Shown: positions 30,188 through 39,156 of the stretch, in pieces
Layout of the letters: the number at the start of each line of letters is the position of its first letter
Numbering within the stretch: position 1 is the first letter of the stretch
NCBI GenBank assembly: GCA_964482735.1
Contig: CAYZYV010000003.1
Span: 63,097-127,096 of the forward strand
Origin: an uncultured Candidatus Saccharibacteria bacterium
GTDB lineage: Bacteria; Patescibacteriota; Minisyncoccia; Phycocordibacterales; UBA9973
Direction: 5' to 3'
DNA length: 64,000 nt
Notes under the pieces: generated by a model
What the model saw: the letters and a program-made list of their open reading frames with translations, nothing else
Told to the model about the DNA's origin: nothing
The model's database searches: none
Position numbers and translations under genes: made by a program

Positions 30188-30421
30188 ATTTTATGATTAA
30201 TTAATTACCCTAGTTAAAGGGGTGTTTATAATAGTCCGTTTTGAAGCATTCCAGCTCGCCCCTTCCTAAAAGGGTCGGTTTTATCTCCAAAAAAGAGGGG
30301 ATAAAACATTTACAGCCCGATAAATCGGACCACGGAACTGAGAAATATAATAACAGAAAAACCATTATTTTGCAACCTTGTATTTTTGACTAGTCCTGTT
30401 TTTTAAGGTAAGATAGGTTTT

Positions 30422-31867
30422 ATGGAACAATCTAAGTTTGAGAACAAAAAAATTACAACACGAGCCGAAGATTATAGTCTTTGGTATCAAGATGTTATAG
30501 AAGCTGCTGATTTGGCTGAGAGTGCCCCAGTTAAAGGATGTATGATAATAAAGCCAGGAGGTTATGCTCTTTGGGAGAAAACTCAAAAGATTTTAGATGA
30601 AAAATTTAAATCAACGGGTGTTGAAAATGCTTATTTCCCGATGTTGATACCTGAAAAATTATTAAAAAGAGAGGAAGAGCACGTTGAAGGATTCGCACCT
30701 GAAGTTGCAGTTGTTACTCATGCTGGTGGAAAGAAACTTGAGGAACCTCTAATTCTTAGACCAACATCAGAAACAATAATGTATGAAGTCTTTTCTAAGT
30801 GGGTGCGTTCGCATCGAGACTTGCCTTTGTTAATAAATCAATGGGCTAATGTTATAAGATGGGAAATGAGAACCAGACTTTTCTTGAGGACAACTGAATT
30901 CTTGTGGCAAGAAGGTCACACGGTTCATGCTACATATGAGGAAGCAGAGGCGAGAGTTCTGCAAATGCTAGAAATTTATCGAGACTTTGCAGAAAACTAC
31001 ATGGCCATACCTGTAATCCCAGGAAAGAAATCAGAAGCAGAAAAATTCGCTGGCGCTAGTGGAACTTATACCATTGAAGCAATGATGCAAGACGGAAAGG
31101 CATTACAGTTTGCTACTTCACACAACTTAGGACAAAACTTTTCCAAGGTTTTTGACGTTACTTTTCTAGATGATAAAAGTCAAAAACAATATGCTTGGCA
31201 AACAAGTTGGGGTCTATCTACTCGAGTTATTGGAGGATTGATTATGACTCATAGTGATGATAAAGGTTTGGTACTACCACCTAAGATCGCTCCAATTCAA
31301 GTAGTAATAATACCTATAATTCCAAAAGAATGGGATAAACAACTAGTAGACGAAGAGACAAAGACTATCCACGCTAATTTATTGTCAAAAGGCATAAGTG
31401 TCAAAATAGATGATAGAGATTTGAGACCTGGAGAAAAATTCTATGAATGGGAGAAAAAGGGTATCCCTGTTCGAATAGAAATAGGTCCAAAAGACTTAGC
31501 AAATAACAGTGTAGTTATGGCTAGAAGAGATACAGGGGAAAAGAAGTCTGTAAGTTTGCCAGATTTGTCTGAGACGGTAGAAAGTACTTTGGAAATGATA
31601 CAAAACAGTCTTTATGAAAAAGCCAAAAATAGACTCAATGATAATACTGTAAGAGTGGATTCTTGGGAAGATTTCAAGAAAGCTATAGATGATAATAAGT
31701 TTGTTATGGCACATTGGTCTGGCGATCAAGATGTTGAAATGGCGATCAAGGAAGAAACAGGAGCAACAGTACGTTGTTTTCCAATAGGACAAGAATCAGA
31801 AGAAGGAAAATGTGTTAAGTCGGGTAAAAAATCAATAGGACGAGTTTTGTTCGCAAAATCATATTAA
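30422..31867 (+). CDS. proS: Prolyl-tRNA synthetase (archaeal/eukaryote-like type)
   Basis: HVEGFAPE, LRPTSET, EFLWQEGHT, SWGLSTR, terminal FAKSY. Confidence 0.96.
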   Translation: MEQSKFENKKITTRAEDYSLWYQDVIEAADLAESAPVKGCMIIKPGGYALWEKTQKILDEKFKSTGVENAYFPMLIPEKLLKREEEHVEGFAPEVAVVTHAGGKKLEEPLILRPTSETIMYEVFSKWVRSHRDLPLLINQWANVIRWEMRTRLFLRTTEFLWQEGHTVHATYEEAEARVLQMLEIYRDFAENYMAIPVIPGKKSEAEKFAGASGTYTIEAMMQDGKALQFATSHNLGQNFSKVFDVTFLDDKSQKQYAWQTSWGLSTRVIGGLIMTHSDDKGLVLPPKIAPIQVVIIPIIPKEWDKQLVDEETKTIHANLLSKGISVKIDDRDLRPGEKFYEWEKKGIPVRIEIGPKDLANNSVVMARRDTGEKKSVSLPDLSETVESTLEMIQNSLYEKAKNRLNDNTVRVDSWEDFKKAIDDNKFVMAHWSGDQDVEMAIKEETGATVRCFPIGQESEEGKCVKSGKKSIGRVLFAKSY

Positions 31868-31870
31868 ATT

Positions 31871-32917
31871 ATGTTAAAAAAATTTTACAGAATGTTTTCT
31901 AATGATATCGGAATTGACCTAGGGACAGCAAATACTCTAGTTTATTTGAGAGGTCATGGAATAGTAATAAGTGAACCTTCTGTAGTGGTAGTAAATCAAA
32001 AAACAGGTCAAATCGTGGCTGTAGGGAATGAAGCAAAACAAATGCTAGGACGTACTCCTGGACATATTAGAGCCGTGAGACCAATTGTAGATGGTGTTAT
32101 TTCGGATTTTGAAGTAACAGAAGAAATGATTACTTATCTAATAAATAAAACAGAAAAAATTTCTAAAAAAATTATTCACCCTCGAGTAGTGGTTGGAGTT
32201 CCTACTGGGATTACCAATGTTGAAATCAGAGCGGTAGAAGATGCGGCTAGATCTGCAGGGGCTAGAGAAGTTTATATAGTAGAGGAACCAATGGCTGCAG
32301 CAATTGGGATAAGATTGCCGGTAAAAGAAGCCGTAGGATCAGTGATAGTTGATATTGGAGGAGGAACGACGGATGTTGCTGTAATATCACTTTCTGGAGT
32401 TGTTTGTTCAAAGAATATAAAAGTAGCGGGGGATCTTTTAAACTCTGACATTGCCAATTACATGAAGGACGAGTTTAAACTTCTTATCGGAGAAAGGACA
32501 GCAGAAAACGTAAAAATTGCGATAGGAACAGTAATAGAAAGTGAACCAATGGAAGCTGAAGTTCGGGGTAGAGATTTGGTTACAGGATTGCCTCGACAAG
32601 TTATTGTCACAGATTCTGATATAAGAGAAGCTATCATGCCTTCAATTATGACACTGCTCGATGGAATAAAAGAAGTTCTTGAAACAACACCACCTGAATT
32701 ATTGTCTGATATTATCAATCGAGGTTTGGTATTGTCTGGTGGGGGAGCACTTATAAGAGGATTTGATGTTTTGTTGAGAAATACACTTAAAATACCTGTT
32801 TATTCAGCAGAAGATCCATTAACAGCCGTAGCGAGAGGTGCTGGAATAATTTTAGATGACTTTGATTCGTATAAGGAAGTATTGTTAAACACAGATGATG
32901 CTCAAGTACCAAGATAA
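31871..32917 (+). CDS. mreB: Rod shape-determining protein MreB
   Basis: GIDLGTANT, EEPMAAAIG, DIGGGTT. Confidence 0.97.
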   Translation: MLKKFYRMFSNDIGIDLGTANTLVYLRGHGIVISEPSVVVVNQKTGQIVAVGNEAKQMLGRTPGHIRAVRPIVDGVISDFEVTEEMITYLINKTEKISKKIIHPRVVVGVPTGITNVEIRAVEDAARSAGAREVYIVEEPMAAAIGIRLPVKEAVGSVIVDIGGGTTDVAVISLSGVVCSKNIKVAGDLLNSDIANYMKDEFKLLIGERTAENVKIAIGTVIESEPMEAEVRGRDLVTGLPRQVIVTDSDIREAIMPSIMTLLDGIKEVLETTPPELLSDIINRGLVLSGGGALIRGFDVLLRNTLKIPVYSAEDPLTAVARGAGIILDDFDSYKEVLLNTDDAQVPR

Positions 32918-33692
32918 AAATAAAATAAGAAAAAATAAAAAATCTATTACCGGTATAATAGTTTTGGTTTTATTTTTCTTAGTTACAGCTTTGGGTGCAT
33001 GGAGTTTTATCCGTGGCCCTATTAATTTTGTTAGTCGTCCGTTTTTAATGATTGGTGACTGGTTTTCTCGTGGTTTTAATAATATAGAATTTTATTTTGA
33101 TTCAAAAAAAGAATTGTCCAATCAAAATGTTTTACTAAATGAAGAAAACTTATCTCTAAAAGCTAAACTAGAAGATTATTCAATTTTGGAAAATGAAAAT
33201 GAAGAATTAAAAAATATCTTAAATAGAACTAAAAAAATAAATAATTATGTGCTTGCTAATATCTTAACTAAACCAAACCGTTCTTTGTACGATTCAGTAA
33301 TTTTGGATATAGGTAAAAAGGATAGTTTAGAGATAGGGGATATGGCCTATGCTTATGGAGAAATTCCAGTAGGAAAAATATCCGAAGTCTATGAAAATTC
33401 ATCTCTCCTAACCTTTTTCTCAAGTCCTGGATTGAAAACAGAAGGTTTTATTAATGAAGTAAACGCAACCATTGAATTGGTGGGTAGAGGGGGAGGTAAT
33501 TTTGAAGCAATAATTCCTGTAGACTTGAGCCTAGAAAAAGACACCATTATTTATTTTCCAGAATACAATTCTCAGGTTTTAGCTAAAATAGTTGAAACAA
33601 TTTCTAATCCTAGTGACCCATTTAAAAAAGTAATTTTAGTATCTCCTGTAAGTTTAGAAAGTTTAAAATGGGTTCAAGTTAAGACGGAGTAG
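32895..33692 (+). CDS. mreC: Rod shape-determining protein MreC
   Basis: TM, coiled coil (ENEELK) and beta domain; overlaps mreB. Confidence 0.85.
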   Translation: MMLKYQDKNKIRKNKKSITGIIVLVLFFLVTALGAWSFIRGPINFVSRPFLMIGDWFSRGFNNIEFYFDSKKELSNQNVLLNEENLSLKAKLEDYSILENENEELKNILNRTKKINNYVLANILTKPNRSLYDSVILDIGKKDSLEIGDMAYAYGEIPVGKISEVYENSSLLTFFSSPGLKTEGFINEVNATIELVGRGGGNFEAIIPVDLSLEKDTIIYFPEYNSQVLAKIVETISNPSDPFKKVILVSPVSLESLKWVQVKTE

Positions 33693-33704
33693 TAGAAATA
33701 TATC

Positions 33705-36700
33705 ATGAATTATATAGAACAAATTCAAAAGTATTATAAAGATGAGAATAGTAGTGAGATGTCATACAGGACACCTTTTCAAAATTTTCTAGAAAGTATT
33801 TTTACGAAAGAGGATAAATATTTTGTTCAACATGACCAAAAAGCGATAGATGGTAATAAGCCAGATTTTATTATTTTGAAAAACAATATTCCTGTTTTAT
33901 ATATAGAAGTTAAAAAAGTAGGAGAAGATTTAGATAAAATAGAGAAGTCAAACCAAGCTGATAGATACTTCGGATATGACAACTTGATAATTAGTGATTA
34001 TATAAATTTTCGATTTTATAGATATGGGAAAAGATATGAAGAGGAAATTTCACTTGGTAAACTAAATAAAAATGAAAAAAGTATAGAAGAAGGGAATAAA
34101 GAAGAAGTACTTATTAAAACTATTCTAGATTTTACCAATTCTCATAAAGAGGAGATTAAATCAGGACGACACTTAGCAGAAATAATGGGTGGTAAAGCTC
34201 TTCGTATAAGGGAGAATATTTTTTACATGCTTTCATCTCAGAGTGATAGATTTGAAGAGTTGAATAAAATTAAAGAAGTTGTTAAGGAAAATCTTATTAG
34301 TAATATTTCTGATGAAGATTTTGCTGATATGTATTCTCAAACCCTCGTTTATGGTCTTTTTGCTTCTAGATATAATGACAAAACTGAAGATACTTTTTCT
34401 AGACATGAAGCGATAGATTTAGCACCAAAGACAAACCCATTTCTTAAAAAGTTTTTTGGACATATTGCAGGCGAATCTTTTCCAGACAGGCTTCGCTTTA
34501 TTGTGGATGAGCTTTGCGAGGTTTTTTCTCATGCGGATGTTCATAAACTTCTTACGGATTTCTATGGAAAAGAGAAGGACAATAAGGATCCAATTATTCA
34601 TTTTTACGAAGATTTCTTGAAAGAATATGACAGTAAAAAGAAAATGGATATGGGCGTTTTCTATACCCCGAAGCCAGTTGTGGATTTTATAATTCGTGGA
34701 GTTGATTATATTTTAAAAAATGATTTTAGCTTATCTGATGGTTTGGTAAGCAAAGAGAAAATAAAATTGGAGAAAAAGATAATAGACGAGAAAACTGGTA
34801 AAGATAAAAAAATTGAAGAAGAATATCACAAAGTCCAAATCTTAGATATAGCCACAGGTACAGGGACTTTCTTAAACGAAACAATTTCTTTTATTTATAA
34901 TTCTTTTAAAGAAAAAGGACAGCTTGGCGGGTGGGATAGTTATGTAAATGAACATTTACTTCCACGACTTCACGGTTTTGAAATAATGATGGCTTCCTAT
35001 ACTATCGCTCACTTGAAGCTTGGAATGACTTTAGAAGATACAGGTATAGATACAGATAAACTAAATAAAAGATTAGGGGTTTATCTTACTAATACCCTTG
35101 AAGAAGCGAAAGATTATTCTAACCAAGGGACACTTTTTGGTTTTATGGACTCTATTGCTGAAGAAGCAAAAAGTGCTTCAAAGATAAAGAAAGAATATCC
35201 AATAATGTGTGTGATAGGCAATCCTCCTTATTCTATTTCTTCACAGAACAAAGGTGAATGGATTTTAAAATTGATAGATGATTATAAAAAAGATTTAAAT
35301 GAAAAGAAAATAAATATAGATGATGATTATATAAAGTTTATTCGTTTTGGACAATATATGGTAGATAAAAATGGAGGAGGAATTCTTGCATATATTTCTA
35401 ATAATTCTTTTATTTCTGGTGTTACTCACAGGAAGATGCGTGAATCTTTATTAAAATCTTTTGATAAAATTTATGTTTTAGATTTACATGGGAATGCTAG
35501 ATTAAAGGAAGTTTGTCCAGATGGAAGCAAAGACCAAAATGTTTTTGATATTATGCAAGGAGTCTCTATAAATATTTTTGTTAAAAGTGAAAATAAAAAA
35601 GAAGGACTTGGAAAAGTTTATCATAGAGATTTATATGGGAATAGAAAAGATAAATTTGAATTTTTATTTAATACAAAATTTGAAGATACAAAATGGAAAG
35701 AATTAGAATACTTTGAGCCTTATTATTTCTTTGTACCCAAAGATTTTGGACTAAAAGATGAATATGATAAAGGATTTAAAATAGATGATTTTTTTATGGA
35801 ATATAATTCTGGAATTCAAACAAAAAGAGATGACTTAGCAATTTCTTTTGAAAAAAAAGAAATGGATATCAAAATTAATGATATTTTAAATTTAAACAGC
35901 CTAGAACTTAAATACAAATACAAATTACCAGAAGATGGGAGAGATTGGAAAATTGATTGGGCAAAAAAGGATTTAAAAATTGACTATCAAATAATAAATA
36001 TTTTATATAGGCCATTTGACATAAGATATGTTGCATACACGAGAAGATCTAAGGGCTTGATTGCATACCCAAGAGAAAAAATAAATCAATATATTGTTAA
36101 TAAAGATAATTTATCATTGTTAACTTGCAGAAATCAAGATTTTAATGATATTTGTTTGATAACAGATAAAATTTCTGATCTTAGGACATATTCTAATCCA
36201 GGGTCGCTTGGAACTGATTATGTTTTTCCTCTTTGTCTTTATAAAAATCAAGAAAAAATTCCAAACTTAAATAAAGAAATTTGGGGGAAAATAAATGAGG
36301 AAGTTGGGGAAACCACACCAGAAAACATTTTGGATTATATTTATGCTGTTTTACATAGCCCCAAATACAGAGAAAAATACAAAGAATTTTTGAAAATTGA
36401 TTTTCCGCGAGTTCCTTATCCAGAAGGCAAAGAAAAATTTTGGAATTTGGTAAAAATTGGCGAGAAATTACGAGGCTTACATTTGATGATAGATAAATCT
36501 ATTAGTGATTTTATCACTACTTATGCTGTGTTGGGTAACAACTTGGTAGATAAAATTTCTTATAAAGATGGAAATGTTTATATAAACAAAGATCAGTATT
36601 TTGGAAATGTTCCCGAAATTGCTTGGAATTTCTACATAGGTGGTTATCAGCCAGCTCAAAAATATCTTAAAGATAGAAAAGGTAGAATTCTCACAAGTGA

Positions 36701-36782
36701 CGAAATAGAACACTATCAGAAAATCATAAAAGTTCTCGTTGAGACGGATAAAATAATGAGGGGAATAGATAAAATAAGATAA
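33705..36782 (+). CDS. Type IIG/ISP-like fused restriction endonuclease-N6 adenine methyltransferase
   Basis: N-terminal PDF...YIEVK nuclease; GVFYTP, LDIATGTGTF, GNPPY; C-terminal YRPFD, DYIYAVLH, IDFPRVP, IGGYQ region. Confidence 0.9.
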   Translation: MNYIEQIQKYYKDENSSEMSYRTPFQNFLESIFTKEDKYFVQHDQKAIDGNKPDFIILKNNIPVLYIEVKKVGEDLDKIEKSNQADRYFGYDNLIISDYINFRFYRYGKRYEEEISLGKLNKNEKSIEEGNKEEVLIKTILDFTNSHKEEIKSGRHLAEIMGGKALRIRENIFYMLSSQSDRFEELNKIKEVVKENLISNISDEDFADMYSQTLVYGLFASRYNDKTEDTFSRHEAIDLAPKTNPFLKKFFGHIAGESFPDRLRFIVDELCEVFSHADVHKLLTDFYGKEKDNKDPIIHFYEDFLKEYDSKKKMDMGVFYTPKPVVDFIIRGVDYILKNDFSLSDGLVSKEKIKLEKKIIDEKTGKDKKIEEEYHKVQILDIATGTGTFLNETISFIYNSFKEKGQLGGWDSYVNEHLLPRLHGFEIMMASYTIAHLKLGMTLEDTGIDTDKLNKRLGVYLTNTLEEAKDYSNQGTLFGFMDSIAEEAKSASKIKKEYPIMCVIGNPPYSISSQNKGEWILKLIDDYKKDLNEKKINIDDDYIKFIRFGQYMVDKNGGGILAYISNNSFISGVTHRKMRESLLKSFDKIYVLDLHGNARLKEVCPDGSKDQNVFDIMQGVSINIFVKSENKKEGLGKVYHRDLYGNRKDKFEFLFNTKFEDTKWKELEYFEPYYFFVPKDFGLKDEYDKGFKIDDFFMEYNSGIQTKRDDLAISFEKKEMDIKINDILNLNSLELKYKYKLPEDGRDWKIDWAKKDLKIDYQIINILYRPFDIRYVAYTRRSKGLIAYPREKINQYIVNKDNLSLLTCRNQDFNDICLITDKISDLRTYSNPGSLGTDYVFPLCLYKNQEKIPNLNKEIWGKINEEVGETTPENILDYIYAVLHSPKYREKYKEFLKIDFPRVPYPEGKEKFWNLVKIGEKLRGLHLMIDKSISDFITTYAVLGNNLVDKISYKDGNVYINKDQYFGNVPEIAWNFYIGGYQPAQKYLKDRKGRILTSDEIEHYQKIIKVLVETDKIMRGIDKIR

Positions 36783-36785
36783 TTT

Positions 36786-37358
36786 ATGGAAGAAAATAAA
36801 CAAAAAATTGTATATGTGTTTATTGATGCTTCAAACCTTTGGCAAGCACAAAAAGTAAAAGGTAGATTATTTGATTTTGAAAAACTTAAATTTTATTTAA
36901 AGAAAAATTTTAATGCATTAGAATTTCAAGTATTTTATTACACAGCTTATCCCAAAGAAGGAACTAGGGAAAACAGTCAAGATGGAAAACATAAATTTTT
37001 TACTTATCTAAAAAAGGGTTTAGGTTTTATTGTTAGAAAAAAAGAATTAAAGAGAATTGTAGAACATAACGAGCAGGGAGACATAATACAAGAAAAAGGA
37101 AATATGGATGTTGAGATGACAATAGATGCAATCCATTTTTGTAAAAAATACGATATTGCTGTTTTGTTTACGGGAGATTCTGACTTTTTAGCATTGGTGA
37201 ATTATATAAGAAATGGAAGTAAGAAAGTTTTTATATTTTCGTCTAAAAACAATGTATCTCAAGAGCTGAGGACTGGAGGAGATGGATATTTTGATGTATT
37301 AGATATAAAAGAAGATATATGGGGGAGAGAACTAAAACATAGAGATGATAAATCTTAA
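36786..37358 (+). CDS. NYN/LabA-DUF88 (PIN-like) domain protein
   Basis: VFIDASN, KGNMDVEMTID, TGDSDF. Confidence 0.9.
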   Translation: MEENKQKIVYVFIDASNLWQAQKVKGRLFDFEKLKFYLKKNFNALEFQVFYYTAYPKEGTRENSQDGKHKFFTYLKKGLGFIVRKKELKRIVEHNEQGDIIQEKGNMDVEMTIDAIHFCKKYDIAVLFTGDSDFLALVNYIRNGSKKVFIFSSKNNVSQELRTGGDGYFDVLDIKEDIWGRELKHRDDKS

Positions 37359-37364
37359 ATAAAA

Positions 37365-37388
37365 GTAGCCCTCCTTGCGGAGGGCTAC
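37365..37388. terminator. GC-rich hairpin after the NYN gene
   Basis: gtagccctcc-ttgc-ggagggctac. Confidence 0.6.
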
Positions 37389-37493
37389 CCTTGGATGTAA
37401 TACCCTTAAAGTTTTATGACTAAAACCCTAAGACAAGTTAAATATAGCATATTTGTAATTTGTGTGCAATACTTATCGTTATGTGTAAAAAAT

Positions 37494-38759
37494 ATGGAAA
37501 AAATTTTTAATTTTAAAATAGAAAAAAAAATAGAAGGGGCTTTAGGGCGGGCTGGTGTTTTATCTACACCGCACGGAGATATACTGACGCCTTCTTTTGT
37601 GGTTGTTGGAACGAAGGCAACCGTTAAGAGTGTTTTGCCTGAAAAATTAATAGAAAATAAAATCCAAGTAGTTCTCGCAAATACTTACCATCTTTATCTT
37701 CAACCTGGAGATGAATTAATAAAAAAAGCTGGTGGGTTACATCAGTTTATGAATTGGCATGGCCCTATGATGACAGATTCTGGAGGGTTTCAAGTTTTTT
37801 CTTTAGGAGTAGCTTATGGTAAAGAATTATCCAAAGTTGTTTCTATTAGTGATCCAAGCTTGCTTATTACAGAGAGATCTTCGGCGGATGACGGAGTTCC
37901 TAAGCTAGCTACAGTTGGTAATGACGGAGTTTCTTTTAGATCTCACATAGATGGTTCTTTGCACTATATTACCCCTGAAAAATCAATAGAAATACAACAT
38001 AATTTAGGGGCCGATATAATGTTTGCTTTTGATGAATGTACTTCACCTGTAGAAAACAATAGGTATCAAGAAGAGGCTTTGTTTCGCACTCATGCATGGG
38101 CAAAGAGGAGCCTAAAAAAGCATTTAGAATTGGAAAATGAAAAGATTTTACAGAGAGAAGGTAATGATATTTCTATGACAAAACAACAAGCCCTTTTTGG
38201 TATTGTTCAAGGTGGAAGGAATGAGGAACTTCGTAAAAAGTCAGCAAAAGAGATATCTGAAATGCAAATAGACGGGAAGGGGTTTGATGGTTTTGGAATA
38301 GGAGGAAGTTTTGCTAAAGAAGATATGTCGACAGCATGTAAATGGGTTAATGAAATTTTACCAGAAGATAAACCAAGGCATTTGCTTGGTATAGGGGAGC
38401 CAGAAGATTTATTTATGGGAGTAGAAAATGGAGTAGATCTTTTTGACTGTGTGGGTCCAACAAGAATAGCTAGAAATGGAAGTTTATTTACACGATTCGG
38501 GAAAATAAATTTGCTAAATGAAAAATATAAAAATGATTTTTCTCCTATTGAAGAGGGTTGTAAATGCAGTACTTGTAAAAATTATACAAAAGCATATTTG
38601 TCACACTTATTTAGATCTAAAGAAATGTTAGGAGCGACGTTAGCTACTATTCATAATGTTTATTTTATAAACAAGCTCGTTCAAGATATGCGAACGTCCA
38701 TATTAGAAAATAGATTTACTGAGTTTAAAAATAGTTTTTTAAAAGATTATCAGAAATAA
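37494..38759 (+). CDS. tgt: Queuine tRNA-ribosyltransferase
   Basis: ANTYHL, TDSGGFQVFS, GIVQGG, DLFDCV, CKCSTC. Confidence 0.96.
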   Translation: MEKIFNFKIEKKIEGALGRAGVLSTPHGDILTPSFVVVGTKATVKSVLPEKLIENKIQVVLANTYHLYLQPGDELIKKAGGLHQFMNWHGPMMTDSGGFQVFSLGVAYGKELSKVVSISDPSLLITERSSADDGVPKLATVGNDGVSFRSHIDGSLHYITPEKSIEIQHNLGADIMFAFDECTSPVENNRYQEEALFRTHAWAKRSLKKHLELENEKILQREGNDISMTKQQALFGIVQGGRNEELRKKSAKEISEMQIDGKGFDGFGIGGSFAKEDMSTACKWVNEILPEDKPRHLLGIGEPEDLFMGVENGVDLFDCVGPTRIARNGSLFTRFGKINLLNEKYKNDFSPIEEGCKCSTCKNYTKAYLSHLFRSKEMLGATLATIHNVYFINKLVQDMRTSILENRFTEFKNSFLKDYQK

Positions 38760-38942
38760 AAAAAGATCGTACACACAGCACGAGGCGTACGATCCTGGGG
38801 AACTTGGGTGGGCCTGCGCTTATAACTGGCCCTATTTTGTAAAACATACAGTAGTTTTGTAAAAAGGAAAACCTCAAGGAAATAAAGAACATTCAGCACC
38901 TATAACTACTTAAGAACAAATTCAAAACTACTGTAGTTTGTT
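38758..38942 (-). ncRNA. Candidate ~185-nt structured small RNA
   Basis: Minus-strand promoter TTGACT-17-TATAAT (38977-38949), 13-bp stem 38847-59/38923-35, small GC hairpin, terminator with U-tract. Confidence 0.5.
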
Positions 38943-39029
38943 GATATAATTATAGCAAATTAAGTTTAAAAAGTCAAATAGAAAATGAAAGCAAAAATTA
39001 CCCTTATATGCTAAGATATTATTAGTTTT

Positions 39030-39079
39030 ATGTCCAAAAACATTTTCAAACTTAAGAGTTCATACTCTCCGGCTGGAGA
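39030..39079 (+). pseudogene. Duplicated 5' fragment of uvrB
   Basis: 50 nt matching 39157-39206 with one synonymous mismatch. Confidence 0.92.
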
Positions 39080-39128
39080 CCCCAGAAGTAAAACAAAAAA
39101 TCGGATGCATTTTTTGTTTACTACGGGG
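39080..39128 (+). mobile_element. 49-bp CCCCAGAAGTA...TACTACGGGG hairpin element
   Basis: ccccagaagtaaaacaaaaaatcggatgcattttttgtttactacgggg; same ends and length as 60683-60731. Confidence 0.75.
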
Positions 39129-39156
39129 CGGGAAGTGGTAGTATAGTTTTATCTTT

